DNA of 24,309 nucleotides from a virus (lineage: Duplodnaviria; Caudoviricetes). A program made the translations under genes and the position numbers. The notes beneath the pieces were generated by a model. The model was not told the origin of the DNA, did no database searches, and saw only the letters and a program-made list of their open reading frames with translations. Location of the stretch: positions 1-24,309 of the IMG/VR virus record IMGVR_UViG_3300021197_000162. The stretch is one strand, 5' to 3'. How positions within the stretch are numbered: position 1 is the stretch's first letter; every line of letters begins with the position of its first letter. Below are positions 16,847 to 24,309 of this stretch, one piece after another.

Positions 16847-17272
16847 TTACGCGATCCTTATTATAGCTGTTGAAGCACCCGCTGCAGGAAACTGAATAGT
16901 AAAGTCTCCGTTAGTAGCAGTTTTAGTTCCTCCAAAATCTAGCACAACTACAAGCTTATCACTGTTCGTGTCGTTGTAAATAACAGCGCCTACTGCTGAT
17001 AAAGTTACTGATGAAAAAACTTCATCGGCAAAATCAACAAGAGCTGTATTACTTGCAACTGAAACGGCTTGACTATCTAAGGCATTTCCACCAGCAGAAT
17101 AATTAGTACCAGAAGAAGAAACTTCATTAGAGGTAGTGTATGCAGTGCTTGATGTGGAATATCCAGAGATGTCTGTGTATAAAGCTATTTTAAAAGTATT
17201 GCCACCGTTGGCAAAGTTATGTGTGCCAGATAAGAGTTCTGATTTGAATGCATCTGGTATTATGTTAGCCAT
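16847..17272 (-). CDS. Putative tail structural protein
   Basis: 141 aa; FKSELLSGTHNF..FKIALYT..NEVS..NYSAGG..DFAD..VLDFGGTKTATNGDFTIQFP pattern typical of the small protein preceding phage fibres. Confidence 0.7.
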   Translation of the reverse strand: MANIIPDAFKSELLSGTHNFANGGNTFKIALYTDISGYSTSSTAYTTSNEVSSSGTNYSAGGNALDSQAVSVASNTALVDFADEVFSSVTLSAVGAVIYNDTNSDKLVVVLDFGGTKTATNGDFTIQFPAAGASTAIIRIA

Positions 17273-17283
17273 TTATAGTCTCC

Positions 17284-17967
17284 TTATTTCATTTTTGGTT
17301 GTGGTGATTGTATATCCAAACGAATCGCACCACTAGTGTATTCGTCTCTGCGTCTTCGGCCTTGTTGTTCTGCCGCAAACGTTTGAAGCCCCTCTTGATA
17401 AGATGCTTCATACATTTGTATCATATTATCTGGTCCTTTCAAGTATTTTAGAGTTTCTACCATGCATCCGTAGATTAACATATCTTGAAAATTGTTAGAT
17501 AAATAGGTAGTGCTAGAATCGGAGGTGGTTATAGTATCTGGTTGTTTTATATAAGCTAGAGTTATCTTATAAGCTGCGTCGGGCGTTGGAGCCACAACCC
17601 AGTTATCAGAGTCCCAATGAGCATAATACCTAGGAATAGCATAATCACTAGAGTTATCTGGATCAGGAAAATATTCCGCTAAAAAAGAAGTATCAACTTG
17701 CTCCAAGAAAAATTGATCTGAGGTTGTGGGATTTGTTAGTTGAACGTATCTGATAATTCTAGTATCAGAAGGCACAGTTACAAATCTATTACCTATAGTT
17801 AAATCTGAGTTTGCATAAAATTTTGTATCATCAGAATCCACAGCTCTAAATATTCTGTTCTCTACATTCTTAACTATGACTGTTAATACAGCATCAGTCA
17901 AAACTCCACTATCGGTTTCTGCGTAGTTTCTAATATTAGTTTTTAGTTCGCTAAAAGTCATTGTCAT
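17284..17967 (-). CDS. Head-tail adaptor-like protein
   Basis: 227 aa; TFSELKTNIRNY start, PRYYA..VAPTPDAAYKITLAY..P, YLSNNFQDMLIYG motifs of phage adaptor proteins. Confidence 0.7.
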   Translation of the reverse strand: MTMTFSELKTNIRNYAETDSGVLTDAVLTVIVKNVENRIFRAVDSDDTKFYANSDLTIGNRFVTVPSDTRIIRYVQLTNPTTSDQFFLEQVDTSFLAEYFPDPDNSSDYAIPRYYAHWDSDNWVVAPTPDAAYKITLAYIKQPDTITTSDSSTTYLSNNFQDMLIYGCMVETLKYLKGPDNMIQMYEASYQEGLQTFAAEQQGRRRRDEYTSGAIRLDIQSPQPKMK

Positions 17968-18467
17968 GGTGAAATTGTTACGGGCCCTGCAGATGCATTT
18001 TTGCCCCCTCCTTTTAGATTTCCTGTTGTTGCTGTATCTGTGTCTACACTAAAAGTGTAAGTGTCATTATCAACTTTTGTTATTGAATAACCTGCAGCTT
18101 TGTTAATATTAGTTGCTGTTATTCCATCAAAACTCTCTACATCTCTAAAACGAACAGTATCGCTTGAAGACCTACCATGATTAATTTCTGTAACAGTTAT
18201 GGTAGAAGAACTTGCACTACCTGTTTGAAAAGAATCTATGTTTAATAACACGGCAACACCTGGCTCTGTTCTATCTACTCTAGCATTTTGTAAAGCCTCT
18301 GGATCTGCTCCATGAACTTGTAATTCTAATTGTGGTTGTTTAGATTCAAATTCAGAGAAATGAACCAAAGAACCGTTCCATTCTTTAACCATTTCATTAT
18401 ATGGAAACTCCATACCGCTTCTATCGGATATAGCCTTAGCATATTTACCTCTTGCAAAATTTGTCAT
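17964..18467 (-). CDS. Virion structural protein with small FCCH-like beta domain
   Basis: 167 aa; ARGKYAKAISDRSG..FPY..KEWNG..ESKQPQL N-terminus then ITVTEINHG..DTVRF..YSITKVDNDTYTF domain. Confidence 0.6.
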   Translation of the reverse strand: MTNFARGKYAKAISDRSGMEFPYNEMVKEWNGSLVHFSEFESKQPQLELQVHGADPEALQNARVDRTEPGVAVLLNIDSFQTGSASSSTITVTEINHGRSSSDTVRFRDVESFDGITATNINKAAGYSITKVDNDTYTFSVDTDTATTGNLKGGGKNASAGPVTISP

Positions 18468-19177
18468 GTTCCTGGAAAGTATACCTTTGGTGTTAGATAA
18501 GTGCTAGTAGAAGAACTGTCTTCTGTAAGAGCCCTGTTTAATTCATCTTCATATAATAATTTTAAATTCTGTGATCTATCAGGAGCTATTTTTAAACTTA
18601 AATAATAAGCTAGTCCTGCACACATGCAGGGTATAAAACGATACACTACATCTGTCTGATTGGTATAAGCACCCGCGTCTTCGATTCTTTTTAAATAATA
18701 AAACTTTAATAAATAACTGGCTCCTGAAAAACTACTACTAGGTGTTTGATATAAAAAAACACTAGGAGATGTAGTTCTATCTACATAATATTGACTAGGT
18801 GTTCCTTTAGATAATTTGTTTGCAATAGAAGAATAAGCAGATCTATCTATTTTTGTAATAGGTGTATCTACAGGGGCTGTTGTAGTTGAATTATTTCTAA
18901 CATATGCCTCCAATATTTCATTTACATTGCTTGGAAAATTGGTGCTATCACTTGTTGTATTATATTCTGCTTGTCCTTCTACTAAAGGAACAGAAGCTAA
19001 ATCTACTTTCCATAAATGAAGGCCTCTATTTCCCCACTCAGAAAATAATATATTTAAAGATCGTCTAGCACTTTTTAAACCATAACCGGTTCTAGCTGTT
19101 GCTCCGCATCTTTCGTATGCCTCTTGAATTATTTCATCTATGTCAAGGTCAAAAGCTGTAGTGCCTGATGTAGCCAT
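18464..19177 (-). CDS. Head-tail adaptor / tail tubular protein A-like
   Basis: 237 aa; FDLDIDEIIQEAYERCG..ARRSLNILFSEWGNRGLHLW, GTPSQYYVDR, RFIPCMCAGLAYYL. Confidence 0.7.
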   Translation of the reverse strand: MATSGTTAFDLDIDEIIQEAYERCGATARTGYGLKSARRSLNILFSEWGNRGLHLWKVDLASVPLVEGQAEYNTTSDSTNFPSNVNEILEAYVRNNSTTTAPVDTPITKIDRSAYSSIANKLSKGTPSQYYVDRTTSPSVFLYQTPSSSFSGASYLLKFYYLKRIEDAGAYTNQTDVVYRFIPCMCAGLAYYLSLKIAPDRSQNLKLLYEDELNRALTEDSSSTSTYLTPKVYFPGT

Positions 19178-19186
19178 TTTTTAACC

Positions 19187-19471
19187 TTACTTATCAATAA
19201 ATATAGTAGCTGCGTCTATGTTTGTGATTGTAGAAACTTTCATTCCGCCAGGAAATAATACTCCATCTTCTGGAATGTTTGTTGAAAATACATCACCGTT
19301 AGGAACGTCAGCTTGAAACAAAGTTGCGCTATCTGTGTTGTCTTGTAGAATAATTGTTCCTGCTCCACCACCATCAGATGCTAAAATAATTCCTCTGAGT
19401 CTAGTTCTGCCTGCAAAAACTGTTCCTGTCGCTGTGACTCTTACTGCTTTTACGTCGCCTTTACTTGCCAT
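19187..19471 (-). CDS. Small virion structural protein
   Basis: 94 aa beta-rich (GRTRLRGI..IPEDGVLFPGG), SD AAGGAG. Confidence 0.65.
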   Translation of the reverse strand: MASKGDVKAVRVTATGTVFAGRTRLRGIILASDGGGAGTIILQDNTDSATLFQADVPNGDVFSTNIPEDGVLFPGGMKVSTITNIDAATIFIDK

Positions 19472-19487
19472 TTTTTTCTCCTTTGTA

Positions 19488-19512
19488 TAGGAGCCCTCTT
19501 AGAGGGCTCCTA
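19488..19512. other. Strong intergenic inverted repeat/hairpin (terminator or processing/stability element)
   Basis: TAGGAGCCCTCT-T-AGAGGGCTCCTA, 12-nt perfect arms; no U-tract follows on the coding strand. Confidence 0.7.
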
Positions 19513-19520
19513 ATTAATCA

Positions 19521-20057
19521 TTAACTTACCGCAGCGCTAAATGGTGTTGCTGGTGTTCCAGTACATCCTGAAGTCACATCAACTTTCCATTTACCTGAAG
19601 CAAGAACTGTACATACAATCTTTGAAAAAGTAACACCACCTTTTGTACTACCGTTTAAAGTAATAGTGTCAGATGTTGAGGCTGTTTCAAAACCAACGAC
19701 GTTATCAGATGAGTCATCAATAAAGACAGCACTTCCAACCATTACGTCAGTTGCGTTTGCAGCTTGTATAACCATGTCACCTGTCTTTGTTACTGATGCA
19801 AAAATTTCAATAGTAGCACCGACGTTGCTTAGATTGTTTAAGTCTGCTCCTGGTCCTGCGACTGCAGAATCAGAATTTGCGTTTGTTGCTGGTAATGTGT
19901 AAGTCACTGCACCCGCAGCATCGTTATGTACGATTCTACCTGCGTGATCAGCTATCGTTAAAGAAACGCTAGAATCAGCGTCTACAACGTTACCGGGTCC
20001 TGTACTAAAAAAACCTTTTTTAGATACAACTGGACCTTGAAATGTGGTTGTTCCCAT
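19521..20057 (-). CDS. Putative virion structural (head fibre/decoration-like) protein
   Basis: 178 aa; MGTTTFQGPVVS start, HAGRIV..AVTYTLPA, SDTITLNGSTKGG; GGAGG SD. Confidence 0.65.
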   Translation of the reverse strand: MGTTTFQGPVVSKKGFFSTGPGNVVDADSSVSLTIADHAGRIVHNDAAGAVTYTLPATNANSDSAVAGPGADLNNLSNVGATIEIFASVTKTGDMVIQAANATDVMVGSAVFIDDSSDNVVGFETASTSDTITLNGSTKGGVTFSKIVCTVLASGKWKVDVTSGCTGTPATPFSAAVS

Positions 20058-20063
20058 ATTTTA

Positions 20064-20136
20064 CCTCCGTAGTAAATTATATACAGTCTCTACGTTCGTC
20101 TGCTAGGACAGTCTGTATATATGTTTATTTCCCTAG
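20064..20136 (-). ncRNA. Structured leader RNA with two predicted pseudoknots; candidate Mu-gpT-DE-type RNA motif
   Basis: 9-bp stem UAUAUACAG/CUGUAUAUA, inner CUG/CAG hairpin with loop UCCUAG complementary to 5' CUAGGG, and CGUAG complementary to CUACG abutting the GGAGG SD; located downstream of a Mu-gpT-like capsid gene. Family assignment from recollection and context, not a search. Confidence 0.6.
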
Positions 20137-20143
20137 AAGGTTA

Positions 20144-20171
20144 AATATAAACGTTTTTATTTAGAGAGCAA
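20144..20171 (-). promoter_or_regulatory. Putative sigma70-type promoter for the structured leader
   Basis: TTGCTC (20171-20166), 16-nt spacer, TATATT (20149-20144); predicted start about 20137, immediately before the RNA element. Confidence 0.45.
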
Positions 20172-20173
20172 GT

Positions 20174-20359
20174 CTATTTAAAAAATAAATGACTCTCATA
20201 GTCTTGGTTTCTCCATCTCATTTTAGCTAGGATTCTTTTGATTCTCTCTTCAATAGATTTCATTTCAATAGTTTCCTTACCAGAATTAAGATATTGAGAA
20301 TTCCACTGAGATTCTAGTTTAATTTTCTCAGCGATTAAAGACTGTGATATTGCGGTCAT
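20174..20359 (-). CDS. Small helical hypothetical protein (61 aa)
   Basis: ATG at 20359 with AAGGAG SD (AAGGAGATATATTATG) preferred over the track's TTG at 20377; MTAISQSLIAEKIKLESQWNSQYL... Confidence 0.7.
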   Translation of the reverse strand: MTAISQSLIAEKIKLESQWNSQYLNSGKETIEMKSIEERIKRILAKMRWRNQDYESHLFFK

Positions 20360-20391
20360 AATATATCTCCTTGTCAATATTATCCGCTTTT

Positions 20392-20437
20392 ATTTTGTAC
20401 ATTAATTTCCCATAAAGTCAATTGATTTTCCCATAAA
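20392..20437 (-). promoter_or_regulatory. Putative promoter with flanking TTTATGGGAAA direct repeats
   Basis: TTGACT (20421-20416) with weaker -10 (TACAAA or CAAAAT); 11-nt repeat copies 21 nt apart straddling the -35. Confidence 0.5.
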
Positions 20438-20460
20438 AAAAGGGGCCCTAAAGCCCCTTT
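20435..20460 (-). terminator. Rho-independent terminator after the major capsid gene
   Basis: AAAGGGGC-TTTAGG-GCCCC followed by 7 T on the coding strand, about 25 nt after the tandem TAA TAA stops. Confidence 0.85.
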
Positions 20461-20484
20461 CAAAAGTGATTATAAAATTACTTA

Positions 20485-21390
20485 TTATGCACCTGGTGAA
20501 CCAAAGATACCTCTGAAGTCAGAGAAGCCAAAAGAATATCTTTCTCTTGCTTTGTATCTTACGTTACCGGTATCAAAATCACCTTCCATTGAAGTTTTGA
20601 TTGGTGATCTTTCAAAGTATTTTAGACCGTTAGGAACGTCAGTAATAATAAAGAAAGCATCGGTATCAGTTAAGTAGTTATTAACTGAGTATCCTTGTGG
20701 GACCATACCCATGCTCTTTACTGCGTTAAGGTCATTATCAGCAGTTCCAACTCTGTTAGCAGAGTTCATGATTCTTTCTGCTGTGAACTGAAGTTCAGAA
20801 GGAATAATCATTTTTACTCCTCTTGATGCAATCTTCAATCCTCTTTCATCTGTGAACGCATTAATATCAATTAACGCTTGCTCAAGAGATGTTTCAGAAA
20901 GGTCAGCGGAAGTTGATAGCTCATTTTTGACAGTTCCAAAAATGGTTGGGTGGTCAGTAGCACAAAGCTCTTTACCATCACCACCTGTAAAGCTTGAGTT
21001 AAAAGCTCTGTTTAGAACGTTAGCAGCTTTCACCTGTTTGGTGTTAGCCATTGAACGTGCCAAAGCTTTTGTGTATCTGCTTGACAGTCTATCATACAAG
21101 TTGTCTTCAATAGCTTCTTCAGTAATTGAGAAAGCTAATGCAACAGTTTCATGCTGATATCTTGATGTGTAAGTTTCCTGCGCGTTATCAAATGTAACTG
21201 CGGAACCTTCAGGTTTAACAGAGGCATTAGCAAAGCCACTTAACATTACTTCCTCTTCGAAAGCTCTGTCAGAAGTTTCTTTGGTAAAGATTTCCTCATG
21301 TTGATTTTCATAACGATTGTATTCCAAGCCGAATAGTGCATTCAAACCTGGCTCTAGTTCTTTAACTAGTTGATTACGTGATATAGCCAT
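20485..21390 (-). CDS. Major capsid protein (Mu-like gpT family, HK97 fold)
   Basis: 301 aa; MAISRNQLVKELEPGLNALFGLEY, SDRAFEEEV, ITEEAIEDNLY, GGDGKELCATDHP, DFDTGNVRYKARERYSFGFSDFRG; strong SD, followed by terminator. Confidence 0.9.
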   Translation of the reverse strand: MAISRNQLVKELEPGLNALFGLEYNRYENQHEEIFTKETSDRAFEEEVMLSGFANASVKPEGSAVTFDNAQETYTSRYQHETVALAFSITEEAIEDNLYDRLSSRYTKALARSMANTKQVKAANVLNRAFNSSFTGGDGKELCATDHPTIFGTVKNELSTSADLSETSLEQALIDINAFTDERGLKIASRGVKMIIPSELQFTAERIMNSANRVGTADNDLNAVKSMGMVPQGYSVNNYLTDTDAFFIITDVPNGLKYFERSPIKTSMEGDFDTGNVRYKARERYSFGFSDFRGIFGSPGA

Positions 21391-21406
21391 AATTTAATTA
21401 CTCCTA

Positions 21407-21976
21407 TTATAATGCTGTGTGGAATGTGTGTTCGTTAATATAAACAATGTAGTTTATATTATCAGAACCCAATTCGCTGTTTTGTGGGTCAGTAGATATA
21501 CCAATGACTCTTAGTTGGCCATCAGTAGCAGCTAAATCGGATACGTCTAATTCAACATTGGATGTACCATTTATTGTTGAACCAGCCGCATATACAATAT
21601 CTGCAACTTTAAATATATCTGTTCTCGCTGAAGCACCATCACCTTGTACTTCGAATCTCTCGTACGGATCGTCATATACGAAAGCGTCTATATCACCTGA
21701 TGTGATATTTGTTTGTGTGTAATGGTTTCTGAATGTTGGTTTTCCAGTTGTTGGGTCTGTATAGTTTACACCCCAAAATACACCTAGTAGTGTATTACTA
21801 GCAGCTGCCACGTCGATGAAGCCTGTATTAGAGGCTTGTGGTATAACAGGGTCGCCTTGGAATATTGAAGATGCTTCATTATCAGCAATCTGATATTCTG
21901 ACATACCGCCGTTATCTGCGTTTTGTCCAACCTTACCAACAGGTTTCAAACCAAAAGCACTGTCTTGATTAGCCAT
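21407..21976 (-). CDS. Putative capsid decoration/cement protein
   Basis: 189 aa; MANQDSAFGLKPV, IFQGDPV, LGVFWGVNYTDP, VYDDP motifs; directly upstream of the capsid gene. Confidence 0.65.
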   Translation of the reverse strand: MANQDSAFGLKPVGKVGQNADNGGMSEYQIADNEASSIFQGDPVIPQASNTGFIDVAAASNTLLGVFWGVNYTDPTTGKPTFRNHYTQTNITSGDIDAFVYDDPYERFEVQGDGASARTDIFKVADIVYAAGSTINGTSNVELDVSDLAATDGQLRVIGISTDPQNSELGSDNINYIVYINEHTFHTAL

Positions 21977-22028
21977 TTGTTTTTACTCCTTTGTTAGTTT
22001 AGTTGATGGTTTCGGAATAACTAAAAGA

Positions 22029-22496
22029 TTAGTTCTTCTTAGAGCCACCAAAAGTTACACGACTCTGACGATCTTGATTGATCGGCATAGTTGGGTGCTG
22101 TTCCTTCATAAGGTCGTTTTCAACTGCCTGTTCTCGATCAGCTACTTGTTGTTTAAAGTATTCTTCTCGAGACTTCGCGATCTCTTCCGGTATCCTAGCC
22201 AGCAATAGGCCACCAACTCCGATTACCCCAGCATGCTTGCCATCTTTTACGGTTGGAAAATCTGCTTCTGAATATTCATCGGCTCTCACCAATTCCCATC
22301 CAGATCTCATTTTACCCATGACGTTTTTAGTATCGTCAAGTCCCATACTTTCGGCTCTTATCCAACGGTGTCTGTATCCTGTTGGAGCAGGGGGTGCATC
22401 TAAAGATGACGGGGGAGTCCAAACTTTAGGTCGAGAGTCTTTCTCTCGAGTTTGACTCGCGCGGGAAGTTTTGTTTATTTTTGTTTCGTTTTCCAT
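22029..22496 (-). CDS. Conserved phage head-module hypothetical protein
   Basis: 155 aa; WTPPSSLDAP..GYRHRWIR..GWELVRADE..GVGGLLLARIP; between scaffold and decoration genes. Confidence 0.7.
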   Translation of the reverse strand: MENETKINKTSRASQTREKDSRPKVWTPPSSLDAPPAPTGYRHRWIRAESMGLDDTKNVMGKMRSGWELVRADEYSEADFPTVKDGKHAGVIGVGGLLLARIPEEIAKSREEYFKQQVADREQAVENDLMKEQHPTMPINQDRQSRVTFGGSKKN

Positions 22497-22500
22497 ATGC

Positions 22501-23475
22501 TTATGCCTCCTTCGCGACTAATTGTTTCGCATATTCTTCAAGTGGCACACCTAATCGTTTAGCTATTGCGACCTGTGATGGTGTGAGCTTCACAGTTTTA
22601 CGGCGTCCTATCATACCTGGACGTTTGGCTGATGCTACAGTTTGAGAAGGTTTCTCTTGTGTAGTATTATCTGTTGTACCAAATTTTTGAGGAAATTCAA
22701 GTCTTATCCGTTTATCCACTTCTTGATAATACTCTTCACTAGAAGGATCATATCCTTCTTCCTCAGTTAGTTTCTTATGTATGTCAAACGCTGTGTAAGT
22801 CATAGCATTATCTGTACCAAACCAAGTGTTTTTAGCTGCCCAAGCTTCCGCTTTAGGGTCCATTTGTTGTGCAGCTTCTTTTAATTGACTTGGATTAGCA
22901 TAACCTCCTTGTGGTTGTGCAACAGGTTTTTCTTCCTCTTGCAAAGACCTAGTAGGCTTTTGTGCTTTGACTTGATTTAATCTTGCAGCATCCATAGTCA
23001 AAGAAGATATCTCTGTCTGTGCTGCTATTTGAGAGTCGACATCCTGTGCATCAATTGCAGATTTCAACTTTATCTTAGCTGCTTCAAGATTAGATTTAAC
23101 TCTATTTTCAAACTCAGAAACATAATTAGTATCTAAATTTTGATATTTATCTTGTAGCTGTTTTTGTTGTTGACTGACAGTTTGTGCGTAGGCAATCGCT
23201 TCTTCTTTCTGACGTTCTGCTTCACGCATTTTACGTGTTAGCTTTGCAATTCTTTTTTTGACACCTTCACTATATTGTTCAAGTTCTTCTTTCTGTGGTG
23301 CCTCTTCTTTTGTTTCTTCTTCTGTTTTTGTTTCTTCCCCCGAATCGGTTGCTTCTTCAACCTGTAATTCTTCTTTTGGTTCTGGTGCAGAATTATCTTT
23401 TTCTAAATCTATTTCTGCTCCTTCTGTTTCACCGACATCAATCATCGGTTCTTCTTTTCTTAGTTCTTCGGGCAT
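22501..23475 (-). CDS. Putative capsid scaffolding protein
   Basis: 324 aa; acidic N-terminus, long coiled coil (YSEGVKKRIAKLT), AWAAKNTWFG, C-terminal VKLTPSQVAIAKRLGVPLEEYAK helix pair. Confidence 0.75.
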   Translation of the reverse strand: MPEELRKEEPMIDVGETEGAEIDLEKDNSAPEPKEELQVEEATDSGEETKTEEETKEEAPQKEELEQYSEGVKKRIAKLTRKMREAERQKEEAIAYAQTVSQQQKQLQDKYQNLDTNYVSEFENRVKSNLEAAKIKLKSAIDAQDVDSQIAAQTEISSLTMDAARLNQVKAQKPTRSLQEEEKPVAQPQGGYANPSQLKEAAQQMDPKAEAWAAKNTWFGTDNAMTYTAFDIHKKLTEEEGYDPSSEEYYQEVDKRIRLEFPQKFGTTDNTTQEKPSQTVASAKRPGMIGRRKTVKLTPSQVAIAKRLGVPLEEYAKQLVAKEA

Positions 23476-23490
23476 AGTTTTCTCCTATGT

Positions 23491-23934
23491 TTATATGTGA
23501 TGTAGAATGTCTTCGGGATTATTAATAGTCCCTAAGACTTCGTCATCGTTTAGTAGTCGCACTTCTCCACCTTCAATAGGGAGTCGTGATCCAGCGTATC
23601 GAGCAAAAATTACCCAATCACCTTTTTTGCACCAAGGGCCTGTATAAAATTTTTCTTCGTCTTTATACGCCAAAGGTCCAACCTTTATAACATAACCGCA
23701 GTTCGTGGCTATGCGTAACTTGTCTAATGATTCTTGAGCTATAATAATACCACCTTTGGTTTTATCTTTAGGTTCAAAAGGTAATACTAATATTCTCCAA
23801 CCAGAAGGGTTTGGTAGTTTTTCTAATACTTCTTCTGATAAGTTTTCAGCTCTGACTTTGTTTTTATCTTCTTCTGCTTTTTTCTTATCTTCTTTTTTAT
23901 ATTTCTCTTGTAATGCGAGTTTTACATTATTCAT
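23491..23934 (-). CDS. groES: GroES/Cpn10-like co-chaperonin
   Basis: PSGWRILV, mobile loop KTKGGIII, GYVIKVGP, KKGDWVIFARYAG, RLLNDDEVLG match the Cpn10 pattern; charged N-terminal extension. Confidence 0.9.
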   Translation of the reverse strand: MNNVKLALQEKYKKEDKKKAEEDKNKVRAENLSEEVLEKLPNPSGWRILVLPFEPKDKTKGGIIIAQESLDKLRIATNCGYVIKVGPLAYKDEEKFYTGPWCKKGDWVIFARYAGSRLPIEGGEVRLLNDDEVLGTINNPEDILHHI

Positions 23935-24121
23935 CGTTTTGCTCCTTATTTTCTAGCAGGTTAGAGATTTCCTGTAATGTTTGTTCAAATCCTTGAACCT
24001 TTCCCACAAGATATTGATATTTTTCAAGACTGTCAACACCAGACATGATAGTATCTTTACAATCCTCAATAGCTTGTTTTAAATGTCTTTGTAGTCTGTA
24101 GACTACATTAAATTCTTCCAT
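23927..24121 (-). CDS. Small helical hypothetical protein
   Basis: 64 aa (..SLEKYQYLVGKVQGFEQTLQEI..), AAGGA SD, 8-nt overlap with groES. Confidence 0.75.
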   Translation of the reverse strand: MEEFNVVYRLQRHLKQAIEDCKDTIMSGVDSLEKYQYLVGKVQGFEQTLQEISNLLENKEQNDE

Positions 24122-24149
24122 TATTTTTCCTTTCGTATATTTTTATACC

Positions 24150-24227
24150 ATGAATGATCCGAAAACGGAAGCTGAAGATTTAACAGTTATTGTCGAATTT
24201 GATTTTGAATTACCTACGATTCACTAG
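24150..24227 (+). CDS. Possible 25-aa acidic antisense-oriented micro-protein
   Basis: MNDPKTEAEDLTVIVEFDFELPTIH; fills the otherwise empty gap; no SD; followed by a weak hairpin and T-run. Confidence 0.35.
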   Translation: MNDPKTEAEDLTVIVEFDFELPTIH

Positions 24228-24309
24228 GTAATAATTTTTTTTAAAGTTTTTGCCTGCCCTGCATGAGATTTAGAAGCTTTTTTCAATGCTTTAATTACTT
24301 TCTTTATTT
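24224..24309 (-). CDS. 3' end of a small Lys-rich basic protein (truncated by window edge)
   Basis: Reads ..IKKVIKALKKASKSHAGQAKTLKKIIT-TAG; resembles short basic proteins of marine phages. Confidence 0.6.
   Translation of the reverse strand, partial: IKKVIKALKKASKSHAGQAKTLKKIIT

Noticed and set aside
20005-20022. A/T homopolymer run (KKGFF codons) as a programmed frameshift site
   Set aside because: Such runs are expected in AT-rich DNA; no supporting extended alternate frame or stimulatory structure identified. The capsid gene also ends in tandem stops, arguing against readthrough.
21977-22028. TTTAGTT/AACTAAA inverted repeat upstream of the decoration gene
   Set aside because: Short, AT-only-like stem with a long loop; not distinguishable from chance without covariation data.
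1011-23956. Numerous plus-strand ORFs in the track (e.g. 11819-12409, 13700-14083, 22078-22455) and the alternate-frame minus ORF 6550-6918
   Set aside because: They lie wholly within well-supported minus-strand genes, mostly mirror their frame, lack SD sites and have no recognisable motifs; shadow ORFs.
1-24309. tRNA, rRNA, integrase, transposase or lysis genes
   Set aside because: None recognised; intergenic gaps are short and lack cloverleaf signatures.

Overview
Low-GC fragment of a tailed dsDNA phage virion (morphogenesis) module, with essentially all real genes on the minus strand and tightly packed (frequent TAATG/ATGA overlaps and GGAG Shine-Dalgarno sites). Gene content and order resemble marine short-tailed phages of the HTVC010P/pelagiphage type; host assignment is inference only. 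In transcription order (right to left): small basic protein, hypothetical, GroES-like co-chaperonin, scaffold, conserved head protein, capsid decoration protein, Mu-gpT-like major capsid protein, a terminator/promoter/small-gene insert, a doubly pseudoknotted leader RNA (candidate Mu-gpT-DE-type motif), adaptor and tail proteins, a repeat-containing tail fibre, then an accessory island of three paralogous six-blade Kelch-like propellers followed by a sigma70-type promoter driving a coiled-coil gene and four different 2OG-Fe(II) oxygenases, then more tail proteins, a nozzle-like protein, small virion proteins, an HlyC/RTX-toxin-activating acyltransferase homologue and the internal virion (ejection) proteins carrying repeated xxGG-R(I/V)G-xxxGG motifs. 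The most interesting candidate systems are (i) a phage TAAT acyltransferase with an altered active site coupled to a putative membrane-penetrating ejection protein, (ii) a Kelch-adhesin plus multi-oxygenase modification island, and (iii) the structured leader RNA that sequesters a ribosome-binding site. All product calls come from motif recognition by eye; no database searches were run.
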